This document shows positions 43,338 to 52,179 of a stretch of DNA of 64,000 bases, piece by piece. Within the stretch, counting starts at the first letter, position 1, and each line of letters begins with the position of its first letter. Origin of the DNA: an uncultured Chloroflexia bacterium (lineage in GTDB: Bacteria > Chloroflexota > Limnocylindria > QHBO01); NCBI GenBank assembly GCA_963827475.1, contig CAWHAZ010000005.1:864001-928000 (forward strand). Reading direction: 5' to 3'. The notes below the pieces were generated by a model, which was not told where the DNA came from, did not search any database, and saw nothing but the letters and a program-made list of their open reading frames with translations. Both the position numbers and the translations under genes were made by a program.

Positions 43338-44466
43338 TCAGGCGGTCTCCTCGACCGCTTCAGGCACGTCGGCCACCGCGGTCGCAGCCGTCGCATCGGG
43401 CGCCGCCGTCGCATCCGGCGCTGCCGTCACCTCGGTCGCACGCCGTCGGATCTGGAGTCGCCGTCGCATCGGGTGTCGCCGTCGCATCCGGCGCAGCCGT
43501 CGCATCCGGCGCAGCCGTCACATCGGTCGCACCCGTCACCTCGGCGATTTCGGCGGCCGTCGCCTCACCCAGCTCGCTCTCCAGCCCCTCGTCGAACTCC
43601 ATGCTGGCCGCCCGGCGAGCACGCGCCCGTCGCTCGGTCTCCTCGTCCTCCTCCGGCTCCGGCTCGAAGACGAGCGCCTCGCCGGAGGCCAGGGCGGCGC
43701 TGTAGTCGGCGTCCGGGCCGAGCGCGGCCTCGTCGACCGGCGGCAGGGCCTCGACCGTCTCCATCTCCTCGTCGATGCGGGCCTTGCGCTCGGCCAGGCC
43801 CTCCATGCACGCGTCCGCGACCTGGGCGCACAGGAGGCGCACGGAGCGGATGGCGTCGTCGTTGGCGGGGATGACCCAGTCGATGAGGTCCGGGTCGCAG
43901 TTGGTGTCAGTGATCGCGATGACCGGGATCTCGAGCCGGCGCGCCTCTTTGACGGCGATCGCCTCGCGATGGGGATCGACCACGAACACCGCGCCGGGCA
44001 GTCGGCGCATGCGGCGAATGCCGCCCATCGCGGCGTTCAGCTTCTCGATCTCCTCGGTGAGCTTGCCGGCTTCCTTCTTCGTGAGCCGCTCGAACTCGCC
44101 AGCTTCGCGACGCGCCTCGAGTGCCTCGAGGCGCTGGATGCGGCGCTTGATGGTCATGAAGTTGGTGAGCAGGCCGCCGAGCCAGCGGTTTTCGACGTAG
44201 TGCTGGCCGGCGCGGGTCGCTTCTTCGCGGACGGCTTCCTGGGCCTGCTTCTTGGTCCCGACGAACAGGATCGACTCGCTGCGGCGGGTCGTCTCGCGCA
44301 CGAATTCGAGGGCCTCGTCGAGGCGCGACACGGTCTGGGCCAGGTCGATGATGTGGATCCCGTTGCGCTCGGCGAAGATGTACTCGCGCATCTTGGGATT
44401 CCAGCGGCGGGTCTGGTGTCCGAAGTGGACGCCCGCCTCGAGCAGCTGCCGCATGTTTGCAGCCAT
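43338..44466 (-). CDS. rpsB: 30S ribosomal protein S2 with long acidic/repeat tail; tail frameshift near 43435
   Basis: [53 protein letters not shown]. Confidence 0.98.
43380..43520 (-). repeat. Degenerate 18-bp tandem repeat encoding DATA(A/T)P in the S2 tail
   Basis: Recurring gccgtcgcatc(c/g)gg units on the + strand. Confidence 0.8.
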
Positions 44467-44469
44467 GGT

Positions 44470-44612
44470 TCCTCCGGTTGTGGTCCTCGGCCTCCGTCAG
44501 CTTCGCATCGGTCCACCTGGCGAACCAGGCACCGGGACCTGCGAATCGGGAGTCCTGTGAGATGGATCGGCCGGCTCGGTGTACCCGGGCCGGACCGCTC
44601 GGGAGTATAGCA
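44470..44612 (-). promoter_or_regulatory. rpsB promoter (TGcTATACT) and probable S2 autoregulatory leader
   Basis: Extended -10 at 44604-44612; about 130-nt structured leader with CCGGTG...GATG...GGAGGC...AAC elements resembling rpsB leaders. Confidence 0.55.
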
Positions 44613-44781
44613 CCGAGCCCGGAAATGGCCCTTTGACCGATCCGGTCCAAACCGGACCGATGGAGGGCCAGTCGCCCGCTTCGCAACGGTACCGAAGTAC
44701 CCCGCACCCCACCAGATCGGCCAATTGTCCATGTGGGCGGTGCGGCCGAGGATCGGGCCCTGCACCCCTGGAGGCGGCCAG

Positions 44782-45897
44782 ATGCTTCGAATCCCTCGAT
44801 CGCGCCGCGGGCTGTCCGCACTGCTGGTCACGAGTCTGCTGACGCTGTCGATTGCCACGCCGGCCGCGGCCGGTGACGAGCTGGTCGTCCAGCGCGGGGA
44901 CACCCTGTGGGACCTGGCCCGCCGCCATGGCGTGAGTGTTGCCGAGCTGGCAGCCTGGAATCGGATCGGGAATCCGTCGCTGATCCGAGTCGGCCAGCGC
45001 CTCGTGCTGGAGCCGCCGGTGGCGCCGGCCGCGGCCAATCCTCCGCCCCCATCGGCCCCCGCCCCGTTGGTCCACGTCGTGCGGGCCGGCGACACGCTGT
45101 GGGCGATCGCCATCCGATACGGGACGACGGTGGCGGCCATTGCGGCCGCGAATCAGCTCGCGAACCCATCGCTCATCCGCGTCGGCCAGGCGCTGGCCAT
45201 CCCCCAGGCCGCTCCTTCCCCACCCGCGCCGGCACCGGCTTCAGCACCCACCCTCGCCCCGACGCCGCCCGCTTCGGTCACCCATGTGGTGCAGCGAGGC
45301 GAGACGTTGTGGGCCATCTCCGCTCGATATGGCGTGTCGATCGAGGCGATCGTCTCCGCCAACGGACTCGCCAGCGCTTCGTTCATCCGTACCGGGCAGC
45401 AGCTGGTCATCCCGAGCAGCGCTGGATCAGCGACCGCGCCTTCGACCGCGCCGACCTCGACGACGGGCATGTCGCCCGACATGGCCGCCAAGGTGGCCGC
45501 CCGGGGGGCCGCCCGCGATCTGCTCCTGGCCGCGGCCGGCGAGTTCGGCGTCCCCGTCCCGTTCGTGCTCGCCGTCGCGTGGCACGAATCGGGCTGGCAA
45601 CCGGGCGCGGTGTCGTCCGCCGGGGCGCTTGGCTTGATGCAGCTCATGCCCTCGACGGCGGACTGGGTGGCAGGGTCCATGCTCCACGAGGCGCCAGCGA
45701 TCAGCGATCCACGCTGGAACGCACGGGCCGGGGTGCGGCTGCTGGCCTACTACCTCGTCCGCTACCAGGGCGACAAGACAAAGGTGCTCGCCGCCTACCT
45801 GCAGGGCATGACCTCAGTCGACCAGATCGGCGTGCTCGTCACGTCGCAGCCGTACATCAACAGCATCCTCGCCCTGGAGGTCATCTTCAGCCGCTGA
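44782..45897 (+). CDS. Secreted 3x LysM plus lytic transglycosylase (SLT) domain protein
   Basis: Signal peptide; three V.RG(D/E)TLW-type LysM repeats; AVAWHESGW, SSAGALGLMQLMP, AAY. Confidence 0.93.
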   Translation: MLRIPRSRRGLSALLVTSLLTLSIATPAAAGDELVVQRGDTLWDLARRHGVSVAELAAWNRIGNPSLIRVGQRLVLEPPVAPAAANPPPPSAPAPLVHVVRAGDTLWAIAIRYGTTVAAIAAANQLANPSLIRVGQALAIPQAAPSPPAPAPASAPTLAPTPPASVTHVVQRGETLWAISARYGVSIEAIVSANGLASASFIRTGQQLVIPSSAGSATAPSTAPTSTTGMSPDMAAKVAARGAARDLLLAAAGEFGVPVPFVLAVAWHESGWQPGAVSSAGALGLMQLMPSTADWVAGSMLHEAPAISDPRWNARAGVRLLAYYLVRYQGDKTKVLAAYLQGMTSVDQIGVLVTSQPYINSILALEVIFSR

Positions 45898-45906
45898 GCC
45901 ACCGGG

Positions 45907-46278
45907 TCACCAGGCGTCCACGCCGGGAAGTCGGGTGAGACGCCAGGTTCGAGGCTCCGGCCCGGGGCTCACCGCAACCAGGTCGACGCGCAGGCCACGA
46001 TGGTCGATCGGGGTGGCGCGGGCATAGGCAGCGAGTGCCGCTCGCAGGCGGCGCACCTTGTCCGCCTGGACAGATTCGATGGCCTGGCCGCTCCGACCCG
46101 AACGACGCAGCTTGACCTCGACCGCGACGAGGACGTGATCGGGGTCGAGGGCCACGAGGTCGATCTCCGCGGTGCCTGAGCGGTGCCGCTCGCCCAGGAT
46201 TCGCCAACCGGCTTCCGACAGCCAGTCCGCGACCCGGCGCTCCGCCTGCAGCCCCAGCACGTGACGGGGATCCGCCAC
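45907..46278 (-). CDS. yraN: YraN-family putative endonuclease
   Basis: LGLQAE, EIDLVA, VEVK.R, RVDLVAV; follows rnhB. Confidence 0.92.
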   Translation of the reverse strand: MADPRHVLGLQAERRVADWLSEAGWRILGERHRSGTAEIDLVALDPDHVLVAVEVKLRRSGRSGQAIESVQADKVRRLRAALAAYARATPIDHRGLRVDLVAVSPGPEPRTWRLTRLPGVDAW

Positions 46279-46281
46279 GGC

Positions 46282-47022
46282 TCAGTTGTCGTTCGGCTCG
46301 AAGGCGTCCTCGTCGACGAGCGGGAACTCCGCGAACTCGAGATCGAGCGGAAGCTGGGTCCCGGCCAGCAGCATGCGGATGGGCGCGAATGAGCGGCGAT
46401 GCCACTCGCATGGGCCTTCGCGCACCAACGCCGCGTAGTGGCCGCGCGTGCCATATCCCTTGTGCCGGGCGAACCCGTAACCGGGGAAGCGGTCGTCCAT
46501 CTCGTCGCAGATCCGGTCGCGCGTGACCTTGGCCACGATCGAGGCCGCGGCGATCGACGCGGAGATCGCGTCGCCGTCGATGATCGCCCGCTGCGGGTAC
46601 ATCGCCTCGCGGAGCGTGAGGGCGTCGATCAGCAGGTGGTCCGGCGGCTCGGGGAGGTGGGCCAGCGCCTCGCGCATGGCCAGCTTGGTGGCCTGCAGGA
46701 TGTTGATCCGGTCGATGACGTCGACCTCCACGCAGCCGACGCCGATGGCGTCCGCGCGGACGATGATCTGCTCGTAGAGGGCCTCGCGACGGCTGCGGGC
46801 GAGGACCTTGCTGTCGCGGAGGCCCTTGATCCGCGGCCGCGCTGGCAGGATGACCGCGGCGGCGACCACCGGACCGGCGAGCGAGCCGCGCCCCACCTCG
46901 TCGAGGCCCGCGATCCGGCGAAAGCCGGCGCGGCGCAGCTCGTACTCGTGAGCGAGACGGGCGTCGCGGGGTCGGTGGACGGAGCGGCGGCGAGCGGGAC
47001 GGGCCGGAGCCCAGGCGCTCAT
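46282..47022 (-). CDS. rnhB: Ribonuclease HII
   Basis: GLDEVGRGSLAGPV, DSK, IDA, IAAASIVAKVTRD, HKGYGT, HRRSF. Confidence 0.97.
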   Translation of the reverse strand: MSAWAPARPARRRSVHRPRDARLAHEYELRRAGFRRIAGLDEVGRGSLAGPVVAAAVILPARPRIKGLRDSKVLARSRREALYEQIIVRADAIGVGCVEVDVIDRINILQATKLAMREALAHLPEPPDHLLIDALTLREAMYPQRAIIDGDAISASIAAASIVAKVTRDRICDEMDDRFPGYGFARHKGYGTRGHYAALVREGPCEWHRRSFAPIRMLLAGTQLPLDLEFAEFPLVDEDAFEPNDN

Positions 47023-47026
47023 CGGT

Positions 47027-47383
47027 TCAGCGCGAGGGGCGACGCTCGCGGAGAGTGGCAGCCTTGCCGACCCGGTTGCGCAGGTAGTACAGCTGGGCGC
47101 GGCGGGCAACACCGTGGCGGACGACCTCGATCTTGTCGACGCGAGGGGCATGCACCGGGAAGGTGCGCTCGACGCCCACGCCGCTGCTGATCCGCCGCAC
47201 GGTGATGGTCTGGTTCAGGCCGCCGCCACGCATTCGCATGACCGTGCCCTCGAACACCTGGACACGCTCGCGGCTGCCTTCGACGACCTTGACCGAGACC
47301 CGGACCGTGTCACCGGGCGCGATCTGCGGGATGTCGGTCCGGAGCTGCTCGCGTTCCAGCTCCTGGATGGGGTCCATGCTCAC
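47027..47383 (-). CDS. rplS: 50S ribosomal protein L19
   Basis: [32 protein letters not shown]. Confidence 0.99.
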   Translation of the reverse strand: MSMDPIQELEREQLRTDIPQIAPGDTVRVSVKVVEGSRERVQVFEGTVMRMRGGGLNQTITVRRISSGVGVERTFPVHAPRVDKIEVVRHGVARRAQLYYLRNRVGKAATLRERRPSR

Positions 47384-47515
47384 GATCCTCGATTACCGCC
47401 GGCTCAACGCCGGGTTGCCCTTGGGCTGACGCAACGACGCGACCGCCGGAGCGGCCGCGAACGGTGGCGAGTATAGCAGCGGCCGAGTCCATCGGCGCAA
47501 TCGGCTGATCCGGCG

Positions 47516-48265
47516 TCAGTCGTTCCCGGCCGATTCCGCGCGCAGCCGCTCGAGCTCGGCGCGGTCCGCATCGGTCAGGGTCGCGCCATCCAGCAAGTCG
47601 GGGCGGCGCTCGACCGTCCGACGCAGGGCCTCGCGCCGGCGCCAGGCCGCCACTTCGCCGTGGTTGCCCGAGAGCAGGACGGACGGCACGCGCATGTCCT
47701 CGAACTCCTCGGGCCGGGTGAACTGCGGGTGCTCGAGCAGGCCGGTCGAGAAGGAGTCGGCTGCGCTGGAGGCGGCGTCGATGACGCCGGGCACCAGGCG
47801 GCTGACCGCGTCGATGACCACCAGCGCCGGGAGCTCCCCGCCGGTGAGGACATAGTCACCGATGCTGATCTCGCGGTCGACCCAGGCGCGGACGCGGTCG
47901 TCCACGCCCTCGTAGCGACCACAGACCAGCGCGAACCGCGGCATGGCCGCCAGCTCGCGGGCGAGCGGGTCGGTGAGCTGCTCGCCGGCCGGGTCGAGGA
48001 GGAAGACCGGGACGTGCTCCGCCCGCAGCGGGGCCAGGGCGCCGGCCAGCGGTTCGGGACGGAGGACCATGCCCGCTCCCCCGCCGTACGGGGTGTCGTC
48101 GACCTGGCGGTGGCGACCGAGGCCGTGCTCGCGCAGGTCGTGGAGCTCCACGGACACGACTCCCCGCTCCACGGCGCGACCCAGCACGCCGGCGGCCAGG
48201 GCCGGCCGGAACAGGTCGGGAAACAAGGTCACGACGTCGATCCGGAGCAGCGGCGAGGGGGCCAC
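47516..48265 (-). CDS. trmD: tRNA (guanine37-N1)-methyltransferase
   Basis: VTLFP, VDDTPYGGGAGM, CGRYEGVD, SIGDYVLTGGE, LLSGNH. Confidence 0.98.
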   Translation of the reverse strand: MAPSPLLRIDVVTLFPDLFRPALAAGVLGRAVERGVVSVELHDLREHGLGRHRQVDDTPYGGGAGMVLRPEPLAGALAPLRAEHVPVFLLDPAGEQLTDPLARELAAMPRFALVCGRYEGVDDRVRAWVDREISIGDYVLTGGELPALVVIDAVSRLVPGVIDAASSAADSFSTGLLEHPQFTRPEEFEDMRVPSVLLSGNHGEVAAWRRREALRRTVERRPDLLDGATLTDADRAELERLRAESAGND

Positions 48266-48267
48266 GA

Positions 48268-48795
48268 TCAGACCTCCTCGAGCCATTCCGCGGGGTCGAG
48301 GATCGTCATCTGGCCGGCGCCCAGATCGATCTTGACGACGATGGACTGCAGCGACGGCACGAGAACCTCGCCGTCGGGTCCCACCACGCGGTAGACCTCG
48401 TTGGAGCCCGCCCGGAAGACCTCCTCCAGCCGACCGATGGCCCGGCCATTGATCGTGATGACCTCGAGCCCCTCCAGCTCGTGCCACCAGTAGGTCCCGG
48501 CCGGAAGGTCGTCTGGAGCGCGGGGGGCCAGGAGATGTCGACCGATGAGCGCGCTCGCCCCGTCCCGATCGGTGATGCCGACCAGGCGCAGCACCGGGCC
48601 GTGCTTGGATGTCCCGGCCTCCATGATCTGACGAGGAGCCGTCTCTCCTTCGACGACCACCAGCTCACCCACCAAGAGCCGCTCGGGCGTATCGGTCAGG
48701 GACATCACCCGGAGGTCCCCCTTCAGTCCGCGGACGCCCATCACCCGGGCGACCGCGAGCGGTTCACTCGTGGGCTTCGATGTCGAGCTCGACAT
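48268..48795 (-). CDS. rimM: Ribosome maturation factor RimM
   Basis: GLKGDLRV, YWWHELEGLEV, GSNEVY, VLVP; rpsP-khpA-rimM-trmD synteny. Confidence 0.95.
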   Translation of the reverse strand: MSSSTSKPTSEPLAVARVMGVRGLKGDLRVMSLTDTPERLLVGELVVVEGETAPRQIMEAGTSKHGPVLRLVGITDRDGASALIGRHLLAPRAPDDLPAGTYWWHELEGLEVITINGRAIGRLEEVFRAGSNEVYRVVGPDGEVLVPSLQSIVVKIDLGAGQMTILDPAEWLEEV

Positions 48796-49000
48796 GCCGG
48801 CCGTCTCGCGCGCCCATGACGCGGAGGAGGCTCCGGATGGCGTTGGCGATGCGGCCGTCGCGGCCGATCACGCGACCCATGTCGCGCTCGTCCACTACCA
48901 GGGTCAGGGTGACCTCGTCGCCGTCCTCCTCGACCTCGACTTCGACCGCATCGGGGTGGTCGACCAGCGAGCGGGCCACGTATTCGAGGAACGCCTTCAT
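48764..49000 (-). CDS. khpA: KH-domain RNA-binding protein
   Basis: LVDHPDAV, DMGRVIGRDGRIANAIR. Confidence 0.95.
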   Translation of the reverse strand: MKAFLEYVARSLVDHPDAVEVEVEEDGDEVTLTLVVDERDMGRVIGRDGRIANAIRSLLRVMGARDGRHVELDIEAHE

Positions 49001-49814
49001 GACTCTGTCTCCTGGCTCTCGGCCTGGGGGGTTTCGGGTTCGTCCGTGGTCTCAGGTTCCGCTTTCGCCTTCCGGCCTCGAGCCGGCTTGGGCGCTGGTT
49101 CCGCGGCCGGCTCGGTCTCCGCGGCCGGCTCGCCATCCTCCGAAGCAGCTTCTGGCGCTGCCTCGGCCGCGGCGGCAGGTTCACTCGGCTCCTCGGGCTG
49201 AGCCGAATCCTCGAGTTCGGCCGCGGGCTCCGGTTCAGCCACGGGCTCCGGTTCGGCGTCCTGCGACGGCGCTTCGGCTTCAACCTCGGCCTCGGCAGGC
49301 GGCGCCGGCTCTGCGGCTGCCTCAACCTCGGGCTCAACTGCTGCCTCGACCGGTGTTTCGGCCTCGGCCTCGGCCTCAGGGGTAGCCTCGGCGGCTGGAA
49401 CCGCCTCCGGGGCCTCCTCCGCTTCGACGGCCGGCTCAGGCTGGGGTTTCGCCACCGGCTCGGGGCCGGCTTCGGGGCTTCGGCGGCAACCCGATCGGCC
49501 TCCGCCTTGGCGGCGGCCTTCTTCGCGGTGCGCGCCTTGGCTCGCGCCTCGTCCTTGGCGCCGGCGGGCCGCGGTCCTTCGGACGCGACCTTCATCAGTC
49601 GCTGAACCGCGTCCGACGGTCGAGCGCCATGGGACATCCAGAAGGCGATCCGCTCGTCATCGAGCTTCAGCGTGATCGGATCGGTCAGCGGGTTGTAATA
49701 GCCCAGGATCTCCAGGGCGCGGCCGTCGCGCGAGCGGCGGCTGTCAATGGCGATGACGCGGTAGGCCGGGCGCCGTGTGGCACCCACTCGCGTCAGCCGG
49801 ATGTGAACGGCCAC
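48997..49814 (-). CDS. rpsP: 30S ribosomal protein S16 with long Glu/Ala/Pro tail; frameshift near 49455
   Basis: IRLTRVG, YRVIAIDSRRSRDGR, LGYYNP, GARPSDAV; acidic tail in ORF 48997-49455. Confidence 0.95.
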
Positions 49815-49926
49815 GTGGTGATTCCTTCCGTCAACGGGATGAAACGGCGCTTCGGCGGGCTGCCATGAGGGGCTGACGTGGGGCCGAGCGCCGCGAAAGG
49901 ATACCGCCTCGGGGCGGCGGTGGCGA

Positions 49927-51282
49927 CTACCGGCCCGGAAGCGGCGGCAGGGACCCGGGTCGGCCACCGGTCCGGCCGGCCGTGTTGCTGAACTGCCGGA
50001 CGAGCTTCTGCATCTCCTCGAATTGGCGCAGGAGCCGGTTGACGTCGGCGACCGTCGTGCCGCTGCCGGCCGCGATCCGCCGCCGCCGGCTGGCCTTGAT
50101 GAGGTGCGGATCGCGCCGTTCGGCCGGCGTCATCGAGTCGATGACCGCCTCGATCCGCTTCAGCTCCCCGTCGTCGACCGCAGCCTGCGCGGCACCCGCC
50201 AGGTTGCCCGCGCCGGGCATCATCTGCAGGACCTGACCGATGGGGCCCATCTTCTTCACCTGCTGGAGCTGGTCCTTGAAGTCCTCGAGCGTGAACCGGG
50301 CTTCCATGAGGCGTTGGGCGGCTCGCTCCGCGTCGGCCCGATCGATGTGCTCCTCGGCGCGTTCGACCAGGGTCACGATGTCCCCCATGCCGAGGATTCG
50401 CTGCGCCATGCGGTCCGGGTGGAAGACCTCGAGCGCGTCGACCGCTTCCCCGGTTCCGACGTAGGCGACCGGCAGGCCCGTCACGCTGCGGATGCTGAGC
50501 GCCGCTCCTCCCCGCGCATCGCCGTCCAGCTTGGTCAGGACCAGCGCGGTCAGCGGCAGGCGCTCGAGAAACGTCTCGGCCACCCGGACCGCCTCCTGGC
50601 CTGTCATCGCGTCGACCACGAGCAGGATCTCCGCGGGCTTCGTGGCGGCCGCGATCTCCGCCAGCTCGGCCATCATCGGGGCGTCTACGTGCTGGCGGCC
50701 GGCGCTGTCCACGATGACCACATCGGTCTGGTCGGATCCCGCAGCAGCCAGGGCTCCGGTGACGATGTCGAGCGGCGCCGTCCCGGTGGAGGCGGTCCGC
50801 ACCGGCACGCCGACCTGCTCTCCGAGGCGCACGAGCTGCTCGACGGCGGCGGGACGATACACGTCGGCTGCCACCAGCGCGGGATGCCGCCCATCACGCT
50901 TCAGGCGCCGGGCGAGCTTGGCGGCTGACGTCGTCTTGCCCGAGCCCTGCAGGCCGACCATCAGGATGACCGCCGGGGACTCCGGAGCAGACCCGTCGAG
51001 GTGGAGCGGGTACTGCTCGCGGCCCAGGATCTCGACCAGCTCGTCGTGCACCAGCTTCACGATCTGGTGGCCGGGTCGCACCCCGTCGAGGACCGCCGTC
51101 CCCAGCGCCTGCTCGCGGACGTGGGCCACGAACGACTTCACGACCCGGAAGTTGACGTCCGCCTCGAGGAGAGCGAGTCGAACCTCGCGCAGCGCGTCGT
51201 CGAGGTCGGCCTCGGTCAGCTTGGCCTGACCACGAAGCCGGGTGGCGATGTCCTGGAGGCGGTTGGAGAGGCGGTCGAACAT
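49927..51282 (-). CDS. ffh: Signal recognition particle protein Ffh
   Basis: ALLEADVN, GLQGSGKTT, DVYRPAA, DSAGR, TKLDGDARGGAALS, RILGMGD, RIAAGSG. Confidence 0.99.
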   Translation of the reverse strand: MFDRLSNRLQDIATRLRGQAKLTEADLDDALREVRLALLEADVNFRVVKSFVAHVREQALGTAVLDGVRPGHQIVKLVHDELVEILGREQYPLHLDGSAPESPAVILMVGLQGSGKTTSAAKLARRLKRDGRHPALVAADVYRPAAVEQLVRLGEQVGVPVRTASTGTAPLDIVTGALAAAGSDQTDVVIVDSAGRQHVDAPMMAELAEIAAATKPAEILLVVDAMTGQEAVRVAETFLERLPLTALVLTKLDGDARGGAALSIRSVTGLPVAYVGTGEAVDALEVFHPDRMAQRILGMGDIVTLVERAEEHIDRADAERAAQRLMEARFTLEDFKDQLQQVKKMGPIGQVLQMMPGAGNLAGAAQAAVDDGELKRIEAVIDSMTPAERRDPHLIKASRRRRIAAGSGTTVADVNRLLRQFEEMQKLVRQFSNTAGRTGGRPGSLPPLPGR

Positions 51283-51297
51283 CGAGGATGGGTCCGT

Positions 51298-52176
51298 TCA
51301 GGCGGCGAGGAGCCACTCAAGGTACGCGTCGGGATCGAACGGCGCCAGCGCGTCGAGCTCCTCCCCGAAGCCGGTGAACACGATCGGGATGCCGTACCGA
51401 TCCGCGATCGCCACCGCTACCCCGCCCTTCGCCGTCCCGTCCAGCTTGGCGAGCACGATCCCGGTCACGCCCGCCTCCGCGAGGAACGCCTCCGCCTGGG
51501 AGAGCCCGTTTTGCCCGGTCGTCGCGTCCAGCACGAGCAGGACGTGCCGTGGCTGGTCCGGCAGCTGACGGGTGACGACCCGCCGGATCTTCGCCAGCTC
51601 GGCCATCAGGTCCTTCGAGGACTGCAAGCGACCCGCCGTGTCCACGATCACCGCATCGATGCTCCGGGCGACCGCGGCGGCGGTCGCGTCATACGCCACG
51701 GCCGCCGGATCAGCCCCCGCGCGCTGGGCAACCACGTTCACCCCGAGCCGGTCGCCCCACAACCGCAGCTGCTCGATGGCGCCCGGTCGATACGTGTCCG
51801 CGGCCGCAAGGAGCACGCTCCGGCCCTCCCCGCGCAGCCGCGCCGCGAGCTTGGCGGCGGTTGTCGTCTTTCCGCTGCCGTTGACCCCGACCATGAGCAC
51901 GATTGCAGGCACATCACCCAGCTCGAACGCGGCGGCCGGTGCCTTCGCCAGCCGCTCCCGCAGGGCGGCGGTCATGGCATCAGTCCCGGACAACCCGGCG
52001 GCAACCTGGCCTCGGGCGGCCGCCACGACCTCGGCCGCCAGCACCGGACCCAGGTCCGCGGCGACCAGTGCCTCTTCGGCGGCTTCCCACGCGGCGTCGT
52101 CCATCCCCCGCTCGAGGCCCAGGGCCGCGCGCAGTCGTGACCCGAGCCCCCCACCCGATGGCGGTCTGGCCAGCAT
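51298..52176 (-). CDS. ftsY: SRP receptor FtsY
   Basis: GVNGSGKTT, DTYR, DTAGRL, DATTGQN, KLDGTAKGG. Confidence 0.98.
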   Translation of the reverse strand: MLARPPSGGGLGSRLRAALGLERGMDDAAWEAAEEALVAADLGPVLAAEVVAAARGQVAAGLSGTDAMTAALRERLAKAPAAAFELGDVPAIVLMVGVNGSGKTTTAAKLAARLRGEGRSVLLAAADTYRPGAIEQLRLWGDRLGVNVVAQRAGADPAAVAYDATAAAVARSIDAVIVDTAGRLQSSKDLMAELAKIRRVVTRQLPDQPRHVLLVLDATTGQNGLSQAEAFLAEAGVTGIVLAKLDGTAKGGVAVAIADRYGIPIVFTGFGEELDALAPFDPDAYLEWLLAA

Positions 52177-52179
52177 CGG

